A stretch of DNA of 64,000 nucleotides, from positions 1,344,001 through 1,408,000 of the forward strand of contig CAVPCR010000001.1 of assembly GCA_963702435.1 (NCBI GenBank), given 5' to 3'. Made by a program: the position numbers and the translations under genes. The DNA comes from Candidatus Eiseniibacteriota bacterium. GTDB lineage: Bacteria > Eisenbacteria > RBG-16-71-46 > CAVPCR01. The notes beneath the pieces were generated by a model. It searched no databases, was not told where the DNA came from, and saw only the letters and a program-made list of their open reading frames with translations. Of this stretch, positions 19,383 to 29,784 are shown one piece after another; position 1 is the stretch's first letter, and each line of letters opens with the position of its first letter.

Positions 19383-20916
19383 CTTGCTTCAGCCCCGACA
19401 TCAGGCGGCGCCCTGGCTCCGACAGGCTGTAGCCGCCTGGCTGCCGATCGAGCATTCCCAAGTCGGCCCACATGCCCAGCACGTTCACCAGCCGGTCCCC
19501 ACTGCAACCCGCGAACGCAGGCGTCCCCGTCGAGTGGAGGAGCGCCCCCTCCGGGTAGAAGCGGAGCGAGCATTGTTGCCCCTGGCTCATCTTCCTGAGC
19601 GTGGTCGAGAGGTGCGGCTCGATGACGACTTCGACCAGCAGGCGCCGGAGCGCCAGAGAGAGGCGGCTACTGCTCTTGGCGTCGAGCACGGCGAACGCGC
19701 GTTCGAGGTAGCTCCGCCGATCGGGGATCAAGCTCGCGGTGCGCGCAGGCTCAGTCTGGCGTTTACAGGCACTCAGGACGGCCACCGCGAAGACCGCCCT
19801 GGCCCACGCCGGCATGGCTCCGGCTCCGGACATGGGCACCGGTCCGTCGAGCCAAATGCGCTCTGGCAGCACTGCCTCGAGCTTGCCTAGCGTCTGCTCA
19901 AGCAGGGGTGGCTCGGCATCGAAGACCTCAGCGAGCAACGCCGGAAGGGGCTCGTCAGTGGACCACGCATCGATGACATCTTCCACGGTGCCATCGTTGA
20001 GATCGATCAGCGTATCGGTCAGGGCCGCCATGAGAAGTTCGATGGCGAAGTGAACGCGTCTCCGAAGTTCGTACTCCGCCCACGCCATGCCGACCTCACT
20101 TTCTGCGTGACCGCCGGCTGCCTCCTCATATGCCGTGCGTATGAGGTCCGACGAGGACATCACCTTGCCTGCGACATGCTCGAGAGCCCAGCGGGTTGTC
20201 GCCAGGAAGCGTCGATATGAGTCGCTGACTGCCGCGTTCTCGATGTACGGGCTAAGGAAGGCTTCCAGCAGAAGGTCACGCTCCTTCGGCAGCTCATCGA
20301 TGGCGTTCAAGGAGAAGATATGAGCCTCCGCTTCAAGTGCGGTCGCGGTGAGGATGCCGCCATGGAGGACAAGGTCCGCCACGCTGGAGTCGCGCAGCGC
20401 GTCCTGGCGCGCCTTATGCAGCGCCCGGCCGCGTGGTGGTACCCGCACCGGCAGGTCACCCTCGCCTGTTTGCAGAAGCCCAAAGGACCGGCACGGCATC
20501 ACGTAGGTTCCGTACGCGCCTTCTCCGGGAGCATCGGGCATCTTGACGGTGCCAGTCTTTTCCATCTCCGCGACGGCTTCCGCGAAGAGCTCAAGCCCGA
20601 TAATGCCGTAAGTGGCGCTGTTCTTGTCCTTGTTCGCATGGGCGCGCGAGGCGGCCAGGACCACGAACTCCATGCGACGGACTACCTGGTTGAACCGGTT
20701 CTTCTCGAACCGTGCAGTCCCGCCGCCCCGTTTCAGCTCATCGTCGTAGTACTCGGCGATCAGCCACGGAAGCAGGGACAGGTACCTTGCACGGAAGGAG
20801 ATCGTGGTGATGCCTGCGACCCAGTGGCGCTCGATGCTCTGGTCCAATTGACGCAGACCGAGGATGTCGAGTCCCTTGATCTTGTTGCCTTCTCCCGCAT
20901 TCCAGAACGAATCCAA
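19375..20916 (-). CDS. Uncharacterised 513-aa protein with a DxLGL...GITT...RARY N-terminal motif (DUF6361-like by recall)
   Basis: TTG start 7 nt after AAGGAG; GLDILGLRQLDQSIERHWVAGITTISFRARYLSLLPW; YGTYVMPCRSFGL. Confidence 0.7.
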   Translation of the reverse strand: MDSFWNAGEGNKIKGLDILGLRQLDQSIERHWVAGITTISFRARYLSLLPWLIAEYYDDELKRGGGTARFEKNRFNQVVRRMEFVVLAASRAHANKDKNSATYGIIGLELFAEAVAEMEKTGTVKMPDAPGEGAYGTYVMPCRSFGLLQTGEGDLPVRVPPRGRALHKARQDALRDSSVADLVLHGGILTATALEAEAHIFSLNAIDELPKERDLLLEAFLSPYIENAAVSDSYRRFLATTRWALEHVAGKVMSSSDLIRTAYEEAAGGHAESEVGMAWAEYELRRRVHFAIELLMAALTDTLIDLNDGTVEDVIDAWSTDEPLPALLAEVFDAEPPLLEQTLGKLEAVLPERIWLDGPVPMSGAGAMPAWARAVFAVAVLSACKRQTEPARTASLIPDRRSYLERAFAVLDAKSSSRLSLALRRLLVEVVIEPHLSTTLRKMSQGQQCSLRFYPEGALLHSTGTPAFAGCSGDRLVNVLGMWADLGMLDRQPGGYSLSEPGRRLMSGLKQDA

Positions 20917-21117
20917 TGCAGGTCTCCTTGCTGGATCATCAGATCTGGCACCGAGAGCGCCTCGCGTTAGGCGGCGACCATCGTAGCCGGTGCGACTCGG
21001 GCAGCGCAAGACGCGCGCGCGGGTGCGTACTCGACGTCCATTCCCCTGTGTTAGGTCCGACAAGTCATGGGCGGCGCGGCTTCACGCCTCCTCTGCCGAG
21101 GTGTACACTCGGGCGCC

Positions 21118-24100
21118 ATGGACTTCCTGAATCCGCGTGAGCCACGCCCTCTCACCACTCCCGCGCCTGCAAGCATGAGAACGCTGGGGCTCTTCCTGGG
21201 TCCTGGCGCCCTGGCGCTCGAGGTCGCCGTTCTCGAATCCGATCGCCGCCCCACGTCCCCGGAACTCAGGGACTACCTGGACGATCGCGCCGGGAAGCGC
21301 GTCGCCCCCGTCCTCGCCGTGATCCTCTGGGGCGAAGGAAAGGCCGCTCTCGGGAGCCGCGTCGGCGATGCCACGACCATTGTCACCGACGCCGACCGCG
21401 ACCAGGTCGAGCGGCTGTGCAGCGCGGCGCTCGATGCCCCCGACCGACACGGGGCCATCCGCTTCCTGATGCACTCTCTGCCGCAGCTCGAAGCGCCCAT
21501 TCCCGGTCTCAGGAACGCCGGCCTCTTTGCTCTCCACGAGCTCGAGCATGGCGTTCCGCGCCTCCCCATCTGGGACCAGGGAGTCCAGAAGGGCCAGTCC
21601 CTCCTCGCGCAGCGAGGGCGCAAGCTGATCGAGGGGCTCGGCTTCTCGATCGAGCCGCTTCCTGGCCCCGCCTCCGTCCTCGTTGCGAAGGGGACGAAGC
21701 TCGCTGTCGCGGTGTTCCTCGAACGATCGGATGAGATCGACCCCCCGGCCTCCCGCTTCGACGGCATGTCGGCCATCTCGTATGCGCTCGCCAAGGCGGA
21801 TCACGAGAATCTCGACTACGTTGTTGTCTCCGCCGGGGCCGTGCTGCGCGTGTATCCCGTCAAGCCCGGAATCGGGGCTGGCCGGCGCGGGCGCACCGAG
21901 ACCTTCGTGGAGCTGAACCTCGATCTCCTGCGGAACCCCGACGCGGGTTACCTGTGGCTCCTCTGCTCGGCCGATGCCCTGGTCGCTGGTGGCAGCTTCC
22001 AGGCCATCCTCGAGCGGAGCGAGATCTTCGCTGCCGATCTCGGCACGCGCCTGCGCTCGAGAGTCTATGAGAGCGTCGTGCCCGGGATCGCCAAGGCGAT
22101 CGCTCAGGCTCGCAAACTGCGCAAGCCCACCGCCGAGCAGCTCCGCGAGACCTACGAGATGGCGCTCCTCGTCCTCTTCCGGCTCCTCTTCGTGGCGTAC
22201 GCGGAGGACAAGGACCTCCTGCCCTACCAGCGGAGCCATTCCTACCGGAGCCATTCCCTGAAGGAGATCGCGCGCCGTCTGCAATCCGCCATCGAAACGA
22301 AGACCGCGCTCTCGAATGAGGATTTCTGCTGGAACGAGGTGAGCCAGCTGTGGAAGGCGGTGGATCGCGGCAACCGCACGTGGAATGTGCCGCCGTACGA
22401 CGGTGGCCTCTTCAGCACGGATGACGATGCTCCTGCCGCATCTCGAGCGCTCGACGCGCTCTCCATCCCCGACCGGGCCTTTGCCCCGGCGCTCGCTGCC
22501 CTTCTCCTCGATCGAACCGCGGAGGGAACGCTGGGCCCGATCGACTTCCGCTCGCTCGGGGTCCGGGAGTTCGGGACCATCTATGAGGGGTTGCTCGAGA
22601 GCGAGCTGTCGGTGGCCGATGTGGATCTCGCCGTTGACCCGAAGACCAAGGCTTTCGTGCCGGCCAGGAAGGGGAAGGCGGTCGAGGTCGCGGCGGGGGA
22701 GATCTACCTCCACAACGCCTCCGGAGCCCGGAAGGCGAGCGGCGCCTACTACACCAAGCACTTCGCGGTCGAGCATCTCCTCGAGCACTCGCTCGAGCCG
22801 GCCCTGGATTCCCATCTCCAACGTCTCGACGCAGTCGAGGATCCCCGGGACGCTGCCGATCGGTTCTTCGAGTTCCGGGTGGCTGACATCGCCATGGGAT
22901 CAGGCCACTTCCTCGTGGCCGCCATTGATCGTATCGAGCGTCGCCTCTCGAACTACCTCGCCAGGCGACCGCTCGCTGGCGTGACCGACGAGCTCAACCG
23001 GCTGCGGCGAACCGCCCGGGAAGCGCTGGGTGAAGACTGGGACGGCGAGCCGATCGAGGATGCACGCCTCCTCAGGCGCCAGATCGCGCGGCGCTGCATC
23101 TACGGGGTCGATCTGAACCCGCTGGCGGTCGAGCTCGCCCGTCTCTCGGTGTGGATTCACACCTTCATCCCGGGACTGCCGCTGTCGTTCCTCGATCACA
23201 ACCTCGTCGTGGGCAACTCGCTCGTCGGGATCGCGACCTTCGCGGAGGCTGCGGAGCTCATCGGCGAGCAATCCGGGGACCTCTTCTCGTTCACGGCCGG
23301 CGAGCGGCTCGCGAAGGCTCGGGAACCCATCCAGAGACTCGCGCGGCTGGCTGACGCCAACGCCGCCGAGATCCGCGAGGCGAAGAAGCTCTACAAGGAG
23401 GCGCGCAGGAAGATCGCCGCGGAAGCCGATCTCCTCACGATCCTCACTGCTTCGCGCATCGATGAAGAGGTGGCACATGCGGTCAACAGCCGCCAGGTGG
23501 CCGCACTTGCCGCCGAACAGGCGGACGCCTTCACGGCCGCGCTCCTCAAGCGCGCCGAGAAGGCCCTGGCCGGGCTCCGCCCATTGCACTTCCCGATCGC
23601 CTTCCCGGAGGTGTTCCTGCGTGCGCGCGGCGGGTTCGATGTGATCATCGGCAACCCGCCCTGGGAGGAGGCTACGATCGAGGAGAATGCGTTCTGGGCA
23701 CGGCACTTTCCCGGTCTCCGCGGGCTGGAGCAGCGGGAGCAGGAACGGCGCAAGGCGCAGTGCCGCCGCGAACGCCACGACCTGGCCGCCGAGCTGGACG
23801 AGGCAGTCGAGACGATGGCCCGGTTACGCCAGGTCCTGACCTCGGGGCCCTTTCCCGGGATGGGAACGGGCGACCCGGATGTCTACAAGGCCTTCTGCTG
23901 GCGATTCTGGAGCCTTGTGGCTGCCGATGGGGGACGGATCGGCGTCGTCCTTCCTCGCTCCGCGCTTGCCGCCAAGGGTTCGACGGAGTTCCGAGCCTGC
24001 GTCTTTGGGTCGGCTGGTGGAGTCGATGTCACGATGCTTCTCAACAACAGGAGCTGGATGTTCGAGGACGTGCATCCTCAGTACACGATCGCCCTGGTTG

Positions 24101-25146
24101 CCATCACCCGCGGGCCGACCAAGTCGGCCCCCGTCCGCCTCCGAGGCCCGTACGCGAGCGAAGCTCGCTACCGCGATGGCATGGTGCGCGAACCAGCCGT
24201 CTTCTATGGCAAGGACATCGCTGCCTGGAATGACACGTCCTCGCTGCCCCTCCTCCCGACCGAGCGCTCGGCCGAGGTCTTCGCGAAGCTCCGTCGTGCC
24301 CCGCGGCTGGACCTCGATGACGGAACCTCCTGGCGCGCCCGGCCACATACCGAGCTGCATGCAACGAACGACAAGCCGCTCATGGACCTTCGCTCGAAGG
24401 ACTGCCCCGAGGGATTCTGGCCCGTGTACAAGGGAGAGTCCTTCGATCTCTGGATGCCTGATACAGGCACCTACTACGCCTGGGCGAATCCAGCAAAGGT
24501 CCAGCACGCGCTTCAGCAGAAGCGGATGGGGGCAAGGAAGAAGGGATCACCCTTCGCCGAGTTCAAGGATGCGTGGCGCAATGCCCCGGGGACACTCCCA
24601 TGCCTCGGCCCTCGCGTGGCGTTCCGGGACATCACGAACCGCACAAACCAGCGCACCGTCATCGCTGCCCTCATCCCCGGCGAGGTGTTCCTCGCGAACA
24701 CGGCTCCGTACCTGCTCTGGCCCCGCGGCGATGAGAAGGATCAGGCGTTTCTCCTCGGCATACTCTCCTCGCTGCCGCTCGACTGGTATGCACGCCGCTT
24801 CGTCGAAACGCACGTCAACTTCTTCATCCTGAACCCCTTCCCGGTCCCCCGCCCCGCTCGCACCGACCGGCTCTGGCTTCGCGCCGTCGAGATCGCCGGG
24901 CAGCTTGCCTCCCCCGATCGCCGCTTGGCCGCCTGGGCCAGGGCGGTCGGGGTAAGGCTGCGCGGACTGGCAGAAGACGAGAAGGAGGACATGGTCGCCG
25001 AGCTTGACGCCGCCACCGCCCATCTCTACGGCCTGAACGAGGTGGATCTCGCCCACATCTTCGAGACGTTCCACGAAGGATGGGACTACGCGAAGCGGCT
25101 CGAGGAGACGCTCGGCCACTTCGCCGCATTGAAGGGGCTCTCATGA
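21118..25146 (+). CDS. Eco57I/type IIG-like N6-adenine DNA methyltransferase with TRD; N-terminal nuclease looks degenerate
   Basis: LFRLLFVAYAED, YDGGLF, FGTIYEGLLE, RKASGAYYT, motif I DIAMGSGHFL, IYGVDLNPLAVELA, motif IV FDVIIGNPPW. Confidence 0.9.
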   Translation: MDFLNPREPRPLTTPAPASMRTLGLFLGPGALALEVAVLESDRRPTSPELRDYLDDRAGKRVAPVLAVILWGEGKAALGSRVGDATTIVTDADRDQVERLCSAALDAPDRHGAIRFLMHSLPQLEAPIPGLRNAGLFALHELEHGVPRLPIWDQGVQKGQSLLAQRGRKLIEGLGFSIEPLPGPASVLVAKGTKLAVAVFLERSDEIDPPASRFDGMSAISYALAKADHENLDYVVVSAGAVLRVYPVKPGIGAGRRGRTETFVELNLDLLRNPDAGYLWLLCSADALVAGGSFQAILERSEIFAADLGTRLRSRVYESVVPGIAKAIAQARKLRKPTAEQLRETYEMALLVLFRLLFVAYAEDKDLLPYQRSHSYRSHSLKEIARRLQSAIETKTALSNEDFCWNEVSQLWKAVDRGNRTWNVPPYDGGLFSTDDDAPAASRALDALSIPDRAFAPALAALLLDRTAEGTLGPIDFRSLGVREFGTIYEGLLESELSVADVDLAVDPKTKAFVPARKGKAVEVAAGEIYLHNASGARKASGAYYTKHFAVEHLLEHSLEPALDSHLQRLDAVEDPRDAADRFFEFRVADIAMGSGHFLVAAIDRIERRLSNYLARRPLAGVTDELNRLRRTAREALGEDWDGEPIEDARLLRRQIARRCIYGVDLNPLAVELARLSVWIHTFIPGLPLSFLDHNLVVGNSLVGIATFAEAAELIGEQSGDLFSFTAGERLAKAREPIQRLARLADANAAEIREAKKLYKEARRKIAAEADLLTILTASRIDEEVAHAVNSRQVAALAAEQADAFTAALLKRAEKALAGLRPLHFPIAFPEVFLRARGGFDVIIGNPPWEEATIEENAFWARHFPGLRGLEQREQERRKAQCRRERHDLAAELDEAVETMARLRQVLTSGPFPGMGTGDPDVYKAFCWRFWSLVAADGGRIGVVLPRSALAAKGSTEFRACVFGSAGGVDVTMLLNNRSWMFEDVHPQYTIALVAITRGPTKSAPVRLRGPYASEARYRDGMVREPAVFYGKDIAAWNDTSSLPLLPTERSAEVFAKLRRAPRLDLDDGTSWRARPHTELHATNDKPLMDLRSKDCPEGFWPVYKGESFDLWMPDTGTYYAWANPAKVQHALQQKRMGARKKGSPFAEFKDAWRNAPGTLPCLGPRVAFRDITNRTNQRTVIAALIPGEVFLANTAPYLLWPRGDEKDQAFLLGILSSLPLDWYARRFVETHVNFFILNPFPVPRPARTDRLWLRAVEIAGQLASPDRRLAAWARAVGVRLRGLAEDEKEDMVAELDAATAHLYGLNEVDLAHIFETFHEGWDYAKRLEETLGHFAALKGLS

Positions 25147-28100
25147 GCCAGCCCGAGTTCGTCGACAACCGCGATGGCAACACGCTCGCGGCTGCCTTGA
25201 ACGCCCGGCTTCGCCACCTCGCCGCGACCCTCCGCGAGCCGGTGGATGTGGCGATCGCAACCGGCTACTTCAACCCTGAAGGTTTCTCCCAGGTCGCCGC
25301 CGCGCTCGCCGCCGCCGGGCGGGTGCGTCTCCTCCTCGGTGCGGAGCCCGTCCCGCCGCCGGCCCGCCCCGTGCGCCGGCTCGGCGATCCCCGGGGCGAG
25401 CGGTTCGAGAGCAAGCTCGCAACCGACGCTCTCGCCCAGAACGAGCGTGGCCTCCTTCGCGACCGCGATCGCCTCGTCTTCTCGGCCGAGAACGATCGTG
25501 CGATCCGGGCGCTCCTCGACTTCCTCGAGTCCGGACAGATCGAGGTGCGGCGCTACGAGAAGGGCTTTCTCCACGGCAAGGCCTACCTCTTCTCGCAGCA
25601 GAATGGGGTCATCGCCGGATCCTCGAACTTCACGTTCTCCGGCCTCACGAGGAATCTCGAGCTCAACCTCGGGCAGTACCAGCCGAGCGTCGCCGGTCAG
25701 GTCGAGCGGTGGTTCGAGGACCTGTGGGAAGAGTCCGCGCCCTATGACCTCGCGGCGGTCTATGCCTCCCGTTTCGCCGAGTACTCCCCGTATCTCCTCT
25801 ATCTCCGCGTCCTCTGGGAGCGCTATGGCGCCGAGCTCGCCCAGGAGGCCACGCCGACCGGTCACATCCAGCTCACGCGCCTGCAGACAGACGGGCTCGA
25901 GCGCGCGCGCCGGATGCTCGAGCGCTACAACGGGGTGCTCGTTGCCGACGGGGTCGGCCTTGGCAAGACGTTCCTCGGCGGGGAGCTGCTCCGCGAGACG
26001 ATCGAGCAGAAGCGCCAGCGGGCGCTCCTGATTGCCCCCGCTGCTCTGCGGGACGGGACCTGGGCTCGCTTCAGGGCGCGCTTCCAGCTCGGGTTCGAAG
26101 TGCGCTCCTTTGAGCAGGTGACCATGGACAAGCAGCTCGGTGGCACGGAGCAGATTCTCGACGCGAAGATCGAGACCTACTCGCTCATCGTGATCGATGA
26201 GGCGCACGCATACCGCAATCTCGACACGAAGCGGGCGCAGGCTCTTCGCCGCCTCCTCCGGGGCGATCCCCCGAAGCGTGTGGTCCTCATGACCGCCACC
26301 CCAGTCAACAACAGCCTGTGGGATCTCTATGACCTCCTCACCTACTTCGTCGGACACGACGCCGTGTTCTCGGATCTCGGCGTGCCGTCGCTCAAGCGCC
26401 GTTTCGATGATGCTTCCCGGCAGGACCCCTTCACGCTGAAGCCGGATGTCCTGTTCGACATTCTCGACGCCACGACCGTCCGGAGGACGCGGCATTTCGT
26501 GGCGCGCTACTACGCCGACGATCGCGTCCAGACTGCGGCCGGCGACTGGGTCACGATCCAGTTCCCGCGACCGCACGTGCGATCGATCTCCTACGACCTG
26601 GAAGACACGCTGCCCGGATTCCTGGCAGAGTTCGCCGAGATCCTGGCGCCCGAGGAGGGGGAACCCAAGCTCTCCATGGCTCGATACTCGCCGAGCCGCT
26701 TCCGGCGAGGGGCCGATCCGGAGGCCCGCGAGCTGGCTCTCGTCGGGCTCATCCGCACCGGGCTCCTCAAGCGTTTCGAGTCGTCGGCGCATGCCCTCGC
26801 CAACACCCTGCGGCACATGGTGGAAGCGCATGACAGCTTCCTCGCGGCGCTGGATGAGGGTGTTCTACCTGCCCCGGAAGCGCTGGCCAGTCTCGAGGAG
26901 GCCGACAGCGATGAGGCCTGGGAGGACCTGCTGGCGACGGGGACGCCGCTCTCGACGACCGACATCGACGTCGAGGCGCTCAGCGCCGCAGTCGCGGCGG
27001 ATCGTGCGCTCCTCGCGCAGTTGCTTCGTCGCGCCGCCGCGGTGGTGGCCGAACGTGATCCGAAGCTCAAGCTCCTCGTCGGGCAACTGCGGCAGGCGCT
27101 CCGCGAGGCGGAGAGCGGTGGGGTCACCGAGGACGACATCCGGAACCGGAGGAAGATTCTCATCTTCAGCTACTTCGCGGACACCGTGGAGTGGATCGCC
27201 CGTTACCTCAAGGAGCAGCTTGGGGCCGACCGTGAACTCGCTCCGTACCGTGGTCGCCTGGCCGCCGTGCGTGGCACCGAGTCGTTCGAGGATGTCGGCC
27301 GCCAGCACGCCCTCTTCGGCTTCGCACCGGTCTCGACCGAGGCGCCGCCGAGCCTCGACCGGGACCGTTACGACATCCTGGTGACGACCGACGTGCTGGC
27401 CGAGGGCCAGAACCTGCAGCAGTGCGCGCGGATCATCAACTACGACCTGCCATGGAATCCCATGCGTCTCGTCCAGCGGCACGGGAGAATCGATCGCATC
27501 GGGAGCCCGCACCGCGACGTGTACATCACCTGCATATTCCCGGACCGCCAGCTCGAAGACATGCTTGCTCTCGAGGCGCGCATTCGCCGCAAGCTCGCGC
27601 AGGCCGCCGCGTCAATTGGGATTGAGCAGGAAGTGATTCCGGGGATCGAGGCAGTGGACCGGAGCTTCAGCGACAACCTCGCTGAACTCGCCCGCCTGCG
27701 CCGCGGCGACGCCGCCCTGTTGGAGACCGCGGGCGAGGACGTCAATGCCCATAGCGGCGAGGAGTACCGCCAAGAACTGAGGAAAGGCCTTGAGCATCAT
27801 CGCGATGCGATACTGGCCCTGCCGGGAGCAGCCGGGTCGGGGCTTGCGCGGGGAAAGACGCGAGGCCACTTCTTCTGCGCGCGCATCGATGACAAGGTGC
27901 TCCTGCGATTCGTCCCCTGGGATGGCGGAGAGATCGTGAGGGACTCCCTCTCATGCCTGCGCACGATCACCTGCAGAGAGGACACGCCCCGCGTCCTACC
28001 ACGTGATCTGGCCGTAGGAGCTTATGACGCGTGGAAGCTCGGCCCGTGATGACATCTTTGCCAGGTGGCAAGAAGCAACCGATCCCAGAAACCTCCAGCC

Positions 28101-28416
28101 GGATGTGCGGCCGCTGTTCCGGGCTGCTGCGGCGCATGTGCGGCGATACCCGCCGCCCCACCTCGGACGCGAGGAGGTCGATCGCGCGTGTGAGGCCCTC
28201 GAAGCGCCGTGGGGGGTCCGCATCGAGAAGGCGCTGCGCGAGGTGTTCACGGCGGGCGATGAGGGAGCCGACAGAACCTCCGTAGCCATCATCGAGCGGG
28301 TCAAGACACTCGGCCTTCAACCGTGGAAGGCCCCTGACCCCCTGCCGCCCATCGAAGAGGAGGACATCGTGCTCGTGGTGTGGATGGCGGTCGAGGCGGA
28401 AGGTAGGGCGTCATGA
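25143..28416 (+). CDS. PLD nuclease-SNF2-like helicase fusion; a +1 frameshift near 28040 separates the last ~125 aa (as assembled the ORF stops at 28049)
   Basis: IATGYF, LHGKAY...GSSNFT...NLELN; ADGVGLGKT, IDEAH, TATPVNN, TDVLAEGQNLQ, NYDLPWNPMRLVQRHGRIDR; ATGA overlap with the MTase. Confidence 0.85.
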
Positions 28417-28545
28417 TGGGGCAACGCTGTCGCCACCGGCTGGCGGAGTCGCGTGGCCTGGAACTTGCTGGCTGCGCGCGGTGTGCCATACTCAGCCAAA
28501 GATCAACCGGTCCCACCCCTGCCTGGGAGACCTACGGTCGTCGCG

Positions 28546-29290
28546 ATGTCTGACTACCGACACCTCGAGCAAGGCCCCCATCGCCGAGGCGCTTCTAGAC
28601 ATCCGCGTGCTAGCCCGCACCGGGTTTGACCCCGAGTCCTTTCGCGCGGTTGCTCCCGAGCTTCGGAACACGTATCCCTACGTTGAGGAACAGCGCGGAT
28701 TCGAAACCGCATTCGGGGTGAGGAACGAGCGCCTCCTGGTCCAAACGGAGAGGGAACTAGGGCTCCGCGGGATCCTCCTGTGGAGCGGAGACAGAAAGGC
28801 CCTCGCTCAGTTTCGCATCGATGGATTCACTCTCAACCGCCTGAAGCCCTACAAGACTTGGGAATCACTCAGCAGCGAAGCAAGGCAACTCTGGCCGACT
28901 TACGTGAAAGCTGCTAGTCCTGAGCGGGTTACTCGCCTTGCGCTAAGGTACATCAACCGCATTGCGACCGCGTGGCCAGCACATGACCTCTCCGAGTACC
29001 TCGCATCACCTCCCAGCCTCCCACCAGGCCTCACCATGAGACTCAGCGGCTTTCTCACTGCGCTCACAGTTGAAGACATCGACACTGGGCTGGCGGCCAA
29101 TGTAACTACTGCACTCGAGATGCTCCCGGGCTCCGCGGCCAACCTGATTCTCGACATCGATGCCTTCAAGATAACTGACCTGGAACCGGAAGCCAGTGCC
29201 GTCTGGAAGGTCTTTGATCAATTGCACGACTTGAAGAACCGGGTCTTCTTTGCGGCCGTCACCAAAGAGGTCATCGAGAGCTGCAAATGA
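28546..29290 (+). CDS. TIGR04255 family protein; +1 frameshift just after MSDYRHL
   Basis: KAPIAEALLDIRV, QFRIDGFTLNRLKPYKTWE, RLALRYINRI, LILDIDAF, LHDLKNRVFF; removing one base joins ATG 28546 to give MSDYRHLSKAPIAE. Confidence 0.75.
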
Positions 29291-29784
29291 CTACACTATC
29301 GATCCATCCATCGCTCCTTGCCGGCCTCCAGTTCGACCATGGTCGAGGCGACGCGGCTGGAGTGCTCCGCGAGTATCGTGACCCGACTCGGACTCAGCAT
29401 ATGGCAACGGCAGAGGTCTTGAGAAGCCAGACCGTGACAAAGCTGATCGAGACCATCCTGGAGGCTAGCGAAGCCAACTGGGACGGCTACGGGGCCCGTC
29501 CCGTATCGGCCGGAACGCAACTATATGCATGGGCATTCCTGCTGGCTCTACCCCTCAACGTGCCGGTTCCGGAGATTCAGATTGACCCCGACGGGGAGGT
29601 TGCCTTTGAGTGGTTTCGCGCTCCGAGACTTGTCCTTTCGGTCAGCATTGGAATGCGCGGCATCCTCTCCTACGCCGGTCTGTTCGGCAGGAACAAGGTA
29701 ACCGGCGCAGAGACGTTCACCGGATTGATGCCAAAGGCCCTGCTTGAGAACCTGGGCCGCCTTGCAACGACCAGGGAGTCATGA
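29287..29784 (+). CDS. Hypothetical protein with an NWDGYGA motif (partner of TIGR04255)
   Basis: NWDGYGARPVS...PVPEIQIDPDGEVAFEW; ATGA overlaps at both ends. Confidence 0.75.
   Translation: MTTLSIHPSLLAGLQFDHGRGDAAGVLREYRDPTRTQHMATAEVLRSQTVTKLIETILEASEANWDGYGARPVSAGTQLYAWAFLLALPLNVPVPEIQIDPDGEVAFEWFRAPRLVLSVSIGMRGILSYAGLFGRNKVTGAETFTGLMPKALLENLGRLATTRES

Noticed and set aside
20960..21060. GTTAGGC/GTTAGGT boxes as attC remnants in the divergent promoter region
   Set aside because: Both boxes have the same orientation with no complementary partner or convincing hairpin.
28020..28060. Programmed ribosomal frameshift in the helicase
   Set aside because: No slippery heptamer is present, and similar +1 indels occur in unrelated genes, favouring error or mutation.
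21118..28416. DISARM or BREX assignment
   Set aside because: No DrmA/DrmB (DUF1998), stand-alone DrmC, PglZ or BrxC-like genes are seen.
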